A stretch of DNA of 64,000 nt from Candidatus Dadabacteria bacterium (GCA_951812945.1 CATOTB010000006.1:77335-141334), one strand, 5' to 3'. Shown: positions 37,417 to 47,720, numbered from the stretch's first letter. Numbers and translations: made by a program. The notes: generated from the letters alone by a model not told the origin.

Positions 37417-38834
37417 TGGATAAAAGGAAATGCATTTTTTTTCTTGCCGATGGTACGAGGCTGGATGTCTTTGCAGAACTTTTCAAAAGAGGCGATCTTG
37501 AAAACATACAGAAATATGTCGTAGAGCCGGGGAAATTTCTTAAGGGAATCACAGTTTTTCCCTCAACAACGGGTCCGGCTTATACTCCGTACCTTCTCGG
37601 CAAGTTTCCGGGCAGGTGCAATCTTCCCGGCATAAGATGGTTTGACAGAAGGTATTACGATGAGACCCCGTTTTCCCTGCGAAGATTCAGAAGCTACGCG
37701 GGTCCACAGGCGTCTCTTATCAACCGGGACATAGAGAGCGACTCCCCGACCCTTTTCGGCCTGGTTCCGGGAAGCGTAAGCATCCTAAACGAGATAACCA
37801 GGGATATAAGCCCCTTGGGGAGAAACAGGACCAAGTATCTTAAGTACTACTTAGTCGTGAAAAGCCATTTCACCAACAGAAGCGACGACGTTGAAGAGGC
37901 CGCGGGGAGAATCCTGGTTGACTCTCTTATAAGCTCTCCGCGTTTTGTTTTCTGCGTTTTCACCGCAGCGGATGCCTACTCCCACCGCTATCACCCTTTT
38001 CACCGCAAGGTTATGGAATCCTACAGAAGACTTGACCGGTACGTGGGCATGGTAGCGGAGAAGACCGCGGAGCGGGGGGAACTTGACGATACGCTTTTTG
38101 TCGTGGCAAGCGACCATGGTCTCACTCCCACGCATTCCCATTTCGATTCCCTGGGGTTTCTTCGCAAGCGGGGTTTCAAACCACTTTATTATACCAACGT
38201 GTTTAGGCATTTCCTGGATGCCGATTCATCCGTCATGGTTTCTGGAAACTCAATGGCGCATTACTATTTCAAAAATTCCGACGGATGGAAGAGACATACT
38301 CGTTGCGAAGAAATAGCGGATATTGTGGATGAGCTCTCAAGCCGGCCGGAAGTGGATATTGTCTGCGCCAGAACCGGCGGGGCGGGTGGTGAAGTGAAAA
38401 TAATAAATCCGAGGGGAGAAGCTCTTGTGAGTGAGGATGAAGAAGGTCTGATCTGCTACCGCAATGTTTCGGGCGACCCTCTTGGCTACGGTTTTTCCTC
38501 AAGGAAGATGGATGCCTCGGAATCGCTTCAACTCACCATAGATTCTGATTACCCTGACGCCCTTCTCCAGATTCTCCAGCTTTTCGAATCACCCCGCACC
38601 GGTGACGTGGTGGTGAGCTCAAAACCGGGTTATGACCTTCGTGCTACCCACGAGAATCCCGAACATCATGGTTCCCACGGTTCCCTGCATAAAGATCACA
38701 TGGTGGTTCCCGTTCTTATAAGTCGCCCGACGCAGCACGACTACGTAAGAACCGCGGATATATTCACAAGCATCGTCCGCTATCTCGGGATTGAAGTTCC
38801 CAGGGGGATTGACGGAAGGGATATTCTTGAGTGA
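37416..38834 (+). CDS. Alkaline-phosphatase superfamily (type I phosphodiesterase/nucleotide pyrophosphatase-like) metalloenzyme
   Basis: 472 aa. Metal-ligand patterns (FFLADGTR, SDHGLTP, HHGSHGSLH). Confidence 0.55.
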   Translation: MDKRKCIFFLADGTRLDVFAELFKRGDLENIQKYVVEPGKFLKGITVFPSTTGPAYTPYLLGKFPGRCNLPGIRWFDRRYYDETPFSLRRFRSYAGPQASLINRDIESDSPTLFGLVPGSVSILNEITRDISPLGRNRTKYLKYYLVVKSHFTNRSDDVEEAAGRILVDSLISSPRFVFCVFTAADAYSHRYHPFHRKVMESYRRLDRYVGMVAEKTAERGELDDTLFVVASDHGLTPTHSHFDSLGFLRKRGFKPLYYTNVFRHFLDADSSVMVSGNSMAHYYFKNSDGWKRHTRCEEIADIVDELSSRPEVDIVCARTGGAGGEVKIINPRGEALVSEDEEGLICYRNVSGDPLGYGFSSRKMDASESLQLTIDSDYPDALLQILQLFESPRTGDVVVSSKPGYDLRATHENPEHHGSHGSLHKDHMVVPVLISRPTQHDYVRTADIFTSIVRYLGIEVPRGIDGRDILE

Positions 38835-38840
38835 GTGGCT

Positions 38841-39338
38841 TCAGGAAAAAATTTCTTCTATCTGGCTGTTTACGTCTCCCTCTTTTTTCCTAAGCGCTAT
38901 GGAGAGTTCCTTAACTACGTGGGAGAGGGCGTTTTCCATTATTCTTTTCTCGCCGAAAGACAGGTTTTTTACCTTCTTCAGGTGGTGTATGTCTCTTAAC
39001 ACCGTGGCTATTTCGTATATGTCGCCGCTTTTAACCTTGTCAGCGTATTCCTTGTACCTTTTGTTCCAGCTCTGCACGCCTAGTTTGGGTATTTCGCCGT
39101 CTTCTTCCTTTAGTATGTCAAGGACTTTTTTTACTTCCTTCTTAGCTACTACGGGCCTTAAACCAACGGAATTGATGTTGTCGGTGGGGACCATGAGCTT
39201 TACGTTGCTTTCAAGAACGTTAAGTATGTAGAAGGCTTTTTTTGAACCGAGTATCTCTTTTTCTTCGACTCCCTGAACCTCAACTACCCCATGCACGGGA
39301 TACACGGCGTTTTGACCTGCTTTAAATTTCTTGCTCAT
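38841..39338 (-). CDS. carD: CarD/CdnL family RNAP-binding transcription regulator
   Basis: 165 aa. N-terminal RNAP-interacting, Tudor-like pattern GQNAVYPVHGVVEVQGVEEKEILG. Confidence 0.75.
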   Translation of the reverse strand: MSKKFKAGQNAVYPVHGVVEVQGVEEKEILGSKKAFYILNVLESNVKLMVPTDNINSVGLRPVVAKKEVKKVLDILKEEDGEIPKLGVQSWNKRYKEYADKVKSGDIYEIATVLRDIHHLKKVKNLSFGEKRIMENALSHVVKELSIALRKKEGDVNSQIEEIFS

Positions 39339-39417
39339 TTTATTAAGTTATACGAAACTAACACTCTACCTGATTTACGATCGATTTGCTAGAAAACGAG
39401 TGAGAAGGGCTGGAATA

Positions 39418-40632
39418 ATGGAGAGAAGTTGCGATTTTCTTGTAGTTGGCGGAGGAATTGTGGGTCTTACTATAGCAAATGAACTCCTTTTGCGCGGTTG
39501 TAAGAACATCCTTGTTTTAGAAAAGGAAAAAAATCTCGGGGCGCACTCAAGCGGCCGAAACAGCGGCGTTCTCCATGCCGGGATCTACTACACTCCCGAT
39601 TCTCTCAAGGCGAGGTACTGCATTGAGGGGAACCGACTGATGAGGGATTTTTGCCGGGAAAACAAGGTTGCGATATCTGAGTGCGGCAAGGTTATCGTGG
39701 CGGACTCAGAGGAGAAGCTAGAGGGACTTCACGCACTTCAGCAGAGGGCACAAAGAAACGGCGTTGAATCCTACCTTGTTGACGAGAAGGAGCTTGCGGA
39801 GATAGAACCGCACGCCGCCACGTTTGAGAAAGCGATATATTCTCCTTCGACATCAGTGTTTGATCCTATGGGTGTTCTAGAGGCTCTTTACTCCAAAGTT
39901 AAGAGGACCGGAGAAGTTCGTGTGCTTTTTGACACGGCTTTTATCGAAGAAAAAGGGGGACGCGTTGCTCTTACGAGCGGGGGAGAGATAAGTTACGGAA
40001 AACTCATAAACGCGGCGGGGCTCCATGCGGACGTGGTAGCCCGTCACTTCGGAGTGGGCGCTAGATACAGATCGATACCCTTTATGGGTTCCTACAGGGA
40101 GCTTACGGAAGAAAGCTCCTATCTTGTCCGCGGCAACATCTATCCGGTTCCCGACGCAAGAATGCCTTTTCTGGGGGTGCACTTCACTAGGAGCACCTCG
40201 GGGCGGGTCTTTATCGGTCCTACCGCAGTGCCGGTTCTCGGCAGGGAGAGCTACGGATTTCTTGAGGACCTGGGACTTGAGTCGTTTCGCTTCCTCTACA
40301 GAAACGCATCGATGTTTATGAGTGACAGTGGCTTCAGGGCAAACGCACTCTCCGAGGCGAAAAAATATCTGGGGGCTCATTTCTACTCAGAAGCCAGAAA
40401 ACTGGTTCCCGGGCTCACACCCCGCGATCTTATATCCTCGGCGAAAACCGGCATACGCTCACAGCTTGTGGACTGGGAAGAGAAAAAACTCGTTACAGAC
40501 TACGTTGTCTGTAAGGAAGGGGACAGCCTTCACGTTCTAAACGCGATATCGCCCGCTTTTACCTCCTCAATGTCGTTTGCAAAGTATGTGGTGGATATGC
40601 TCTTTGAGGAAAAAGCGCCGGAGGCGCAGTGA
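39418..40632 (+). CDS. FAD-dependent oxidoreductase, L-2-hydroxyglutarate oxidase-like
   Basis: ~404 aa from MERSCDFLVVGGGIVGL (GxGxxG). LhgO/DAO family features. Confidence 0.7.
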   Translation: MERSCDFLVVGGGIVGLTIANELLLRGCKNILVLEKEKNLGAHSSGRNSGVLHAGIYYTPDSLKARYCIEGNRLMRDFCRENKVAISECGKVIVADSEEKLEGLHALQQRAQRNGVESYLVDEKELAEIEPHAATFEKAIYSPSTSVFDPMGVLEALYSKVKRTGEVRVLFDTAFIEEKGGRVALTSGGEISYGKLINAAGLHADVVARHFGVGARYRSIPFMGSYRELTEESSYLVRGNIYPVPDARMPFLGVHFTRSTSGRVFIGPTAVPVLGRESYGFLEDLGLESFRFLYRNASMFMSDSGFRANALSEAKKYLGAHFYSEARKLVPGLTPRDLISSAKTGIRSQLVDWEEKKLVTDYVVCKEGDSLHVLNAISPAFTSSMSFAKYVVDMLFEEKAPEAQ

Positions 40633-40759
40633 ACGCGAGGCTTTTTACGCATGGTCTTGTTTTTTCCCTTTTTCCTTGAAAAATTCCGGCAATCGCATTT
40701 AATATTTATCCGTACTTATCCTTCTTTCCTTTGAAGAGTTGTTTTAGCTGGATCGGAAA

Positions 40760-42022
40760 ATGCCCGAGCAAAGAATCATAAGAAATTACGTAGACAGGAC
40801 TAACTCCTACACTATCGAGTCGTATCTGTCCTCGGGTGGATACTCAGCGCTTAGAAAAGCACTCGGCATGGTGCCCGGAGAGATAACCGACGCGGTCAAG
40901 AAATCGGGTCTCCGTGGAAGGGGAGGCGCAGGCTTTCCGGCCGGCATAAAGTGGAGTTTTATCCCGCCTGATTCCAAGAAACCGGTTTATCTCTGCTGCA
41001 ACGCCGATGAAAGCGAACCCGGAAGCTTCAAGGACAGAGAGATTCTTGAGAGAGACCCCCACCAGATGATCGAGGGCATAATAATTGCCTGCTACGCTAT
41101 CCGCTCCCACAAGGCCTACATATATATAAGGGGAGAGATGCCCTACGGAGCCAAGAGAATACAGCAGGCCATAGATGAAGCCTACGAGCACGGCTATCTC
41201 GGCAAGAACATACTCCTAAGCGGTTTTGATATTGATATGAAGCTGTACGTAGGCGCCGGCGCCTATATATGCGGAGAGGAAACCGGTCTTCTCGAGTCAA
41301 TAGAGGGAAAAAAGGGAGAACCGAGACCCAAGCCTCCTTTCCCGGCACAGATAGGCCTTTTCGGCTGTCCCACGATAGTCAATAACGTGGAGACGCTCGC
41401 ATGCGTTCCTCATATAATAAACAACGGGGCGGACTGGTTTGCCTCGATAGGGACTCCCAGAAACACCGGAACCAAGATTTTCGGGCTGAGCGGACACATA
41501 AACAATCCCGGGCTTTACGAGCTTCCACTTGGAATAAACCTTCTTGAACTGATTGAGGAGTATGGCGGAGGAATTCCCGGGGGAAGAAAAATAAAGGCCG
41601 TTTCTCCCGGCGGTTCTTCATCCGCGGTTTTTTCCGCGGACGAACTGGACATTGCGATGGATTTCGACACCATAGCGGCTGCGGGCTCCATGCTTGGAAC
41701 TGCGGGTGTAACTGTGATGGATGAGACGGTGAGCATGATCAAGGTAGCCCAGAATCTTGCCCATTTCTACAGGGATGAATCATGCGGGCAATGCGTTCAG
41801 TGCAGGGAAGGAACGTGGTGGCTTGAGAAGATACTGAGAGAGATTGACGAAGGGAAGGGATCTCTTGAATACCTCGACATAATGCTTGACGCGTGCTCGC
41901 AGATGAGGGGAACGACCATATGTGCCCTTGCCGACGGCTGTGCGATGCCCATTGAATCGATAGTGACGAAATTCAGGGACGAGTTCGAGGAGCATATAAA
42001 AAGAGGGCAATCCCAAGGTTGA
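40760..42022 (+). CDS. nuoF: NADH-quinone oxidoreductase subunit F (51 kDa, FMN/NADH-binding)
   Basis: 420 aa. GRGGAGFPAGIKWSF FMN site, and a C-terminal Cys cluster for N3 [4Fe-4S] (CGQCVQC...C). Confidence 0.9.
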   Translation: MPEQRIIRNYVDRTNSYTIESYLSSGGYSALRKALGMVPGEITDAVKKSGLRGRGGAGFPAGIKWSFIPPDSKKPVYLCCNADESEPGSFKDREILERDPHQMIEGIIIACYAIRSHKAYIYIRGEMPYGAKRIQQAIDEAYEHGYLGKNILLSGFDIDMKLYVGAGAYICGEETGLLESIEGKKGEPRPKPPFPAQIGLFGCPTIVNNVETLACVPHIINNGADWFASIGTPRNTGTKIFGLSGHINNPGLYELPLGINLLELIEEYGGGIPGGRKIKAVSPGGSSSAVFSADELDIAMDFDTIAAAGSMLGTAGVTVMDETVSMIKVAQNLAHFYRDESCGQCVQCREGTWWLEKILREIDEGKGSLEYLDIMLDACSQMRGTTICALADGCAMPIESIVTKFRDEFEEHIKRGQSQG

Positions 42023-42103
42023 GAAAATCTTGCGCACTTTGATTTTAACGAGCATTGCTGCCGTATACGCTAAATTCTGATAGCTGAAGATTTTACGTCA
42101 GAA

Positions 42104-42316
42104 TCAGACGCCTTCGTTATCTTCCGGGAAAATTTTTCTTATATCCTTTTCCCAGACGATTTCACCTTCACTAAAAATTGCTACCGACCCAGTGGTTTCT
42201 ATAGCCCGGCGGCGCGCACGTTTAGAGGCTCTTAGCATAGCCGCCTCCGCACCAATCAAATCCTGATCCCGCGACTTCTTGGCAAGCCTCGGGCTTTTCT
42301 GTCTCCTTACGGTCAT
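42104..42316 (-). CDS. Small basic hypothetical protein, possible partner of the upstream zeta-like kinase
   Basis: ~70 aa from MTVRRQKSPRLAKKSRDQ... Starts 5 nt after the stop of the upstream P-loop gene. No recognisable fold by eye. Confidence 0.3.
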   Translation of the reverse strand: MTVRRQKSPRLAKKSRDQDLIGAEAAMLRASKRARRRAIETTGSVAIFSEGEIVWEKDIRKIFPEDNEGV

Positions 42317-42321
42317 ACTAC

Positions 42322-42840
42322 TCAATCCTTTTCTTCTAATAGCACAGGTGTGTGCCCCGAATTTCCATATATTACCCATTCATCTACTAGATCTCTATAG
42401 ATCAATTGGAAATTACGCCACCCGGAACGGAATCGTCGACGAACAGTTTGTTCCGGTACATCGTGTCCTCCTTCCATGGCCCGCTGCCTGACGCGGGCTA
42501 TAGCCATTTCCGGTGTTGGCAATCTAAGAAAAAACAGCTTTACCAAGTACCCCTCTTTTTGCCAAAGGGGAACCAGGCGTGTGTAACCATGTCCGCTCAG
42601 AGTGGTCTCAAAGGCAAAACTTTCCTCTTTCTTCACGCAATTATGAATCAACTTCAGCATCGTTCTGCCTGCCTGAATAGCCGCCAGATCCGGTTGAAGC
42701 GGGTTAAGTTCTGCCGCTATCAGGTCTGCGTTTATGAAAGTCGGGCAATGTGCCTCGTTAGGAAGAAACTCTGTTGCGAAAGTTGTTTTTCCCGCGCCAT
42801 TAGGTCCTGCGATAATGAAAATCCTCTTGGGTTCACTCAT
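42322..42840 (-). CDS. Zeta-toxin/AAA_33-like P-loop kinase
   Basis: 172 aa. Walker A IIAGPNGAGKTT and a zeta-toxin-like small kinase architecture. Confidence 0.55.
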   Translation of the reverse strand: MSEPKRIFIIAGPNGAGKTTFATEFLPNEAHCPTFINADLIAAELNPLQPDLAAIQAGRTMLKLIHNCVKKEESFAFETTLSGHGYTRLVPLWQKEGYLVKLFFLRLPTPEMAIARVRQRAMEGGHDVPEQTVRRRFRSGWRNFQLIYRDLVDEWVIYGNSGHTPVLLEEKD

Positions 42841-42920
42841 GTTTCCCTTTTTTTGTAAATTCAGTTGGTTCCTGTGGTATCCAGGCAGAATACTTCTTGG
42901 AATTATCTCTTAGGGTCTCA

Positions 42921-44351
42921 TCACTTTTCTTCAAGGGATTTTCTAAGCGTTTGATTTACAATCGCAGGATCTGCTTTTCCCCTTGTCGCTTTCATCACCT
43001 GACCGACGAAAAATCCGAGAAGTTTCGTATCCCCGTTTCTGTACCTTTCAACTTCCTTCGGGTTTGCTTTGATTATTTCCGCTATAATCGAAGAAATCTC
43101 ATCTTCATCCGTGATCTGTGTGAGTCCTTTCTCCGCTACTATTTCTCCGGCCCGCTTGTCCCCGCTTATCATCTCGGAGAATATTTCCTTGGCGGTCTTA
43201 CGGTTTATTTTTCCTTCCCCGATAAGGTTCAGCAGTTCGGCAAGATTCTCGGGCCTGACGGGAAATTCCGCTATCCTGTCCTCGTTTTCAACCTCTCTTA
43301 ATAGCTCGTTTAAAATCCAGTTGCTTGCCGCCTTCTTGTCATTTGCGTGTTTTGCGCACTCTTCAAAATATTCGGCAAGTGGTCTTGAGGACGAAAGCGT
43401 CTCGGCGTCATCTTTCGATATGGAGAATTCATCCACGAACCTGCTGAGTTTTTCGTCGGGTAGTTCCGGAAGGGAAAGGCGGACTTTTTTCAAATGATCT
43501 TCCTCGACGAGGACCGGCAGAAGGTCAGGATCCGGGAAATACCTGTAGTCGTGAGCCTCTTCTTTTGATCTCATCGCAAACGTAACCCCTTTTTGGGAGT
43601 CAAAAAGCCTTGTTTCCTGAACAACCTTCCCTCCGCTTCGAAGGACCGCCTCCTGCCTCTTTGTTTCATATTCTATGGCTCTTTGTATGAAGCGGAAGGA
43701 ATTCAGGTTCTTTATCTCGGTTTTTGTTCCGAGTTCGCTCTGCCCTGCCGGCCGCACGGAAACGTTTGCGTCGCAGCGCAGGCTTCCTTCCTCCATGTTC
43801 CCGTCGCAGACCTCGATATACTTCAGAATGGTTCTCAGTTTTTTTACGTATTCGACCGCTTCTTCGGCGGTTGAGATGTCGGGCTCGCTCACTATTTCCA
43901 CAAGGGGCACACCGGCTCTGTTGAGGTCCACGTGGCTTTCGAAGTCGGAATATTCGTGCACGAGTTTTCCCGCGTCTTCCTCGAGGTGGATGCGGGTTAT
44001 TCTGATTTTCTTTTTGCCGTTCCCCGAATCTATCTCGAGATGTCCCCCAAGGCAAAGCGGCTCGTCGTACTGGGAAATCTGGTAGCCCTTCGGAAGATCC
44101 GGGTAGAAGTAGTTCTTCCTCGCGAATCTGGATTTTCGGGCGATTTCGCAGCTGGTCGCCAGTCCCGCTTTTATGGCGTACTCAAGAACCCTTTCATTAA
44201 AAACCGGCAGCACCCCTGGCATGCCCAGACAGACCGGATTCACCTGGGAGTTGGGAGGACTTCCGAATTTCGTTGAGGAAGAAGAAAATATTTTGGATTC
44301 AGTGGCAAGCTGTGCGTGTACTTCAAGACCAATTACCGCTTCGTATTCCAT
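42921..44351 (-). CDS. gatB: Asp-tRNA(Asn)/Glu-tRNA(Gln) amidotransferase subunit B
   Basis: 476 aa. MEYEAVIGLEVHAQL... GatB N-terminus and a C-terminal GatB/YqeY domain. Confidence 0.9.
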   Translation of the reverse strand: MEYEAVIGLEVHAQLATESKIFSSSSTKFGSPPNSQVNPVCLGMPGVLPVFNERVLEYAIKAGLATSCEIARKSRFARKNYFYPDLPKGYQISQYDEPLCLGGHLEIDSGNGKKKIRITRIHLEEDAGKLVHEYSDFESHVDLNRAGVPLVEIVSEPDISTAEEAVEYVKKLRTILKYIEVCDGNMEEGSLRCDANVSVRPAGQSELGTKTEIKNLNSFRFIQRAIEYETKRQEAVLRSGGKVVQETRLFDSQKGVTFAMRSKEEAHDYRYFPDPDLLPVLVEEDHLKKVRLSLPELPDEKLSRFVDEFSISKDDAETLSSSRPLAEYFEECAKHANDKKAASNWILNELLREVENEDRIAEFPVRPENLAELLNLIGEGKINRKTAKEIFSEMISGDKRAGEIVAEKGLTQITDEDEISSIIAEIIKANPKEVERYRNGDTKLLGFFVGQVMKATRGKADPAIVNQTLRKSLEEK

Positions 44352-44655
44352 TGATCGTTCCTTTGGGGGAAATTTGATAAAGCAGTCGAGCGAAAATTAT
44401 ATATGTACTTGGCCAGCAGGCAACCTCTGGTCTGCGTATTTCTGTCCAGGATAGGGAATAGGTCTAGCGGAAAGCTCTTTCAACAGATCCATCGTTCTTT
44501 TTGACCTTTCGGCTGAAAAACTTTATTCTTTCTGTTCGTGGAGGTGTATTCTCCTGTTGATTAGTTTGGGTAAATTCAAATCAACCGGATACGCCGCTTT
44601 TTTTTTCAAACCCTCCGTACATCAAATTTGAATATAACTCAGAGGAGGACGTAAG

Positions 44656-45924
44656 ATGAGAATTTTAGCAGTTTTAGCTGTGTCTTTTTTCACTCTGTTT
44701 ACCCTTATGTCACTTCCCGCCCAAGCCGGCGGCGACCAGAGCATACAGGAGCAGATAGAGGAACTTAAGAAGCAGATAGAAAAGCTTGAGCAGCAGGTGA
44801 ACATGAAGGAGTACGAGGCTACGGCCAAAGATTCTAAGGCCTGGTACAACAAGATAAAGGTCAAAACCAAGAAAGGCTCGGGTCTTACTTTCCAGACCAC
44901 GGACAAGAACTACAAGCTCAGGATGAGATTTTTTGGTCAGTTTCTGGCCAACTACACAGATCCTGATGCTGACAAAGAGGGTCTTGGCTTCAATGTAAGA
45001 AATCTCTGGCTGATCTGGGACGGTAACGCTTTCGCTCCCTGGATGAAATACACGGTTCAGTATGATCTCTCGGGGAGTGGAGCACTAAAGGATATGAGGC
45101 TCTCGTTTGCCAAGAACAAGGCTTTTGTCCCCACGATAGGCCAGTACAAGGTTCCGTTTAGCAGAGAGTTCCTTACCTCAATTACCGCCCTGCAGCTTGT
45201 GGGAGCCTCGATCATAGACGATTACTTTCGGTATGGCAGGGATATCGGTGGCGGCGTTTACGGTTTTCTCGGAGACGGGATGATTCGCTATGATGCGGGT
45301 GTTTTCCAAGGCGAAGGCGCAAACCAGAAAAACGACAATGGTGATACTGGTATGCTCTGGGCAGGAAGGGTTCAGGCGGCCATTATCGGCGGGAAAGCCA
45401 AAAGCGTAAAAGAGAATTTTGCCAAGAGGCCAACGCTCATGGTTGGAGCCGCTGTTGCGGGCATAGATGTTGAAGATGGAAGTGACGGCAATATCGGAAT
45501 TCCGTCTGGAGAGAGAGAGCTTGAAAGCGGTACAGTCACTTCCTTTACGGCGGACATAAACTACAGGGACCCGATGTTCAATCTTACCGGTGAGTATGTC
45601 GGAAGGTGGGCTAATCCGGACGATGCTGGTGTAGGCACTGCCTATGATTCTGGTTTCAGGGTTCAGGGCGGTTTCTTCCTCCTTCCGAGAAAGATTGAAC
45701 TTGCCTCAAGGTATGCGATGGTCATGTTTGACGATGACGCCGACGTTCTCGGAGGAAATGACCTTGACAACGTATGGACGTTCACCCAGGGACTTAGCTA
45801 CTACCTGAGCGGCAACCACAAATGGAAAATACAGCTTGACTACACTTTCCAGAGAGAAGAGGATCTCGCTGGCGTAGAGTCTGATGAGTCGATGGTAAGA
45901 GCGCAGGTTCAGACCTACTTCTAG
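44656..45924 (+). CDS. Outer-membrane porin, phosphate-selective OprO/OprP-like
   Basis: 422 aa. Signal peptide, N-terminal coiled-coil (EQIEELKKQIEKLEQQ), a beta-barrel with alternating hydrophobics, and a C-terminal ...VQTYF. Confidence 0.65.
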   Translation: MRILAVLAVSFFTLFTLMSLPAQAGGDQSIQEQIEELKKQIEKLEQQVNMKEYEATAKDSKAWYNKIKVKTKKGSGLTFQTTDKNYKLRMRFFGQFLANYTDPDADKEGLGFNVRNLWLIWDGNAFAPWMKYTVQYDLSGSGALKDMRLSFAKNKAFVPTIGQYKVPFSREFLTSITALQLVGASIIDDYFRYGRDIGGGVYGFLGDGMIRYDAGVFQGEGANQKNDNGDTGMLWAGRVQAAIIGGKAKSVKENFAKRPTLMVGAAVAGIDVEDGSDGNIGIPSGERELESGTVTSFTADINYRDPMFNLTGEYVGRWANPDDAGVGTAYDSGFRVQGGFFLLPRKIELASRYAMVMFDDDADVLGGNDLDNVWTFTQGLSYYLSGNHKWKIQLDYTFQREEDLAGVESDESMVRAQVQTYF

Positions 45925-46376
45925 GGATGCATTTAGAGATATAGTCAATCTGGTGTATAGAAGCATAATCAAGTGCCAATCTGATAGTCTGTTTTCATCT
46001 CTGTTGTTTTGTCCATTGTGTGCTCGATTCCATCTTTGAATTTCCCTCTTTTACGTTTTAACGATATTGAGCTTGGTTGAAGTCTTTATGCGTCTGAGCA
46101 ATTTTCTGCAGTTCAGTTGAAACTTTGGAATTTCAGGGAACTACGAGATACAAATCCCGATAGGCCTAGAAAGCAGCACAACCTGTTGGCAAATGTCCTT
46201 TTCAGGCTTTTTTAAAACCATAGATGAATTGATACAGGATAGATGGGTTTTCTGAACTATAGGGCTTTTCGATGCTTTCTCGACAAAGCGCGTAACAAGT
46301 TATTATTGGTATTTCCCTAATTTGAGTTCACGGTGTAATTTAGATTCCGGTACTCTTTTTACTGAGAAGAACCGAT

Positions 46377-47042
46377 ATGCAAGATACAAAAGCCCTTATA
46401 ATTTCTCCCCACCCCGACGATCTTGAAATAGGCATGGGGGGAACTACCTGCCTGCTTCTGGAAAAAGGTGTCGACGTGATTTCCGTTGTTGTTACCGATG
46501 GAAGGAGAAGCGCGAACCCGACGGGTATCACACGGGAAGAACTTATAAGCACAAGGGAGCGGGAAGTCAGGGAATCCTCAGAAATACTTGGGGTGGAGAT
46601 TTCTCTTCTGGGGCTCTCCGACATGGAATCCGATTCGAACAAGCGTGAATTCAGTTCCAGGATGGTGGAAATAATAACAAACCTCCGCCCGGGAGAGATA
46701 TACCTCCCGCATCCCGAAATTGACAAGCACAGAACCCACAGGACGGTTTCGCGCCTGACGCTTGATTGTCTTAAGGCGGCAATTAAGGAGATCCCTTTTA
46801 AGTGCGAATGCTGGTTTTATGAGGTATGGACGCCTTTTTCCTCATACGACCGGATCGAGGATATAACGTCTTTTGCCGACCGCAAGCGCCAGGCGATTGA
46901 GGCGCACAGGAGCCAGACGGCCTACAAGGACTACACAGACGGCATAATGGGCCTTAACAGGTACCGGGGGGCTTTTCACGACACCGCGGACGGATTCGCG
47001 CCGCTTTGGGCCGAGGTTTTCATAAGGCATGACTCCGAGTGA
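46377..47042 (+). CDS. PIG-L/LmbE family N-acetylglucosaminyl deacetylase
   Basis: 221 aa. ISPHPDDLEIGMGGT with the zinc-binding HPDDE-type motif. Confidence 0.75.
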   Translation: MQDTKALIISPHPDDLEIGMGGTTCLLLEKGVDVISVVVTDGRRSANPTGITREELISTREREVRESSEILGVEISLLGLSDMESDSNKREFSSRMVEIITNLRPGEIYLPHPEIDKHRTHRTVSRLTLDCLKAAIKEIPFKCECWFYEVWTPFSSYDRIEDITSFADRKRQAIEAHRSQTAYKDYTDGIMGLNRYRGAFHDTADGFAPLWAEVFIRHDSE

Positions 47043-47044
47043 CC

Positions 47045-47695
47045 TTATCTCGGAACGTATTTTCTTTTCCTTGACCAAAGGAGCAGGTCAAATTCATCAA
47101 GACTGATTCCCAGTTCGTGGGCGGCTTCCGTCATAAGACTTTCGGTTTCAAGGTATCTTTTTTTCGTCAGAGGATATTTCGTCTCGCCTATGATCCCCAG
47201 TTCGAAAAGGGACGCCAGGTTGTTTCGGTCAAGAATCGCATAGCCGGAGAATCCCAGATTCCTCAGAAAATGGCTTGCCTGCATATACCCAAGCCCTTTA
47301 ATTCCGGGATTTTTCGCGAGGAAATCTCTTCTTTCGACCCTGTCTTCAAAAGAACTGACAAGCAATTTTAGAAGAAACCCGTGTTCTTTTTTAAGATATT
47401 CCCTTGTAAAAACAATATAGCGCGACGCGTTTTCGGCATATTTATGAATCGTTTCAATGCGGCCCAGCAGTTCATCTTCTTCTCCGTTCCCAAGTTTTTC
47501 TCCTATGGCCCTCATGCATTGACCGGCTATTTGGGGACCGACACCGGAACTCAGTATGCAGAATGAGAGTTCATGGAATATCCCGAGGTCATCGGCCTTT
47601 TGGAGAGTTTCTTTGAATTCCAAAAGCTGGTTCCGTATTTCTTCCCCTCTGAGCTCGTAGAGTTCCAGGAGTTCTCGTCTTTGTTTCTCAGTCAT
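47045..47695 (-). CDS. 8-oxoguanine DNA glycosylase/AP lyase, Ogg2 (archaeal) type
   Basis: 216 aa. HhH-GPD element GIKGLGYMQASHFLRNLGF and the catalytic Lys/Asp context. Confidence 0.65.
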   Translation of the reverse strand: MTEKQRRELLELYELRGEEIRNQLLEFKETLQKADDLGIFHELSFCILSSGVGPQIAGQCMRAIGEKLGNGEEDELLGRIETIHKYAENASRYIVFTREYLKKEHGFLLKLLVSSFEDRVERRDFLAKNPGIKGLGYMQASHFLRNLGFSGYAILDRNNLASLFELGIIGETKYPLTKKRYLETESLMTEAAHELGISLDEFDLLLWSRKRKYVPR

Positions 47696-47720
47696 GCGGA
47701 GAGTTTTCTTTCCCGAGGCA

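Noticed and set aside
43593-44276. Several plus-strand and off-frame ORFs inside gatB, including a highly basic 129-aa translation
   Set aside because: Shadows. gatB is supported along its full length.
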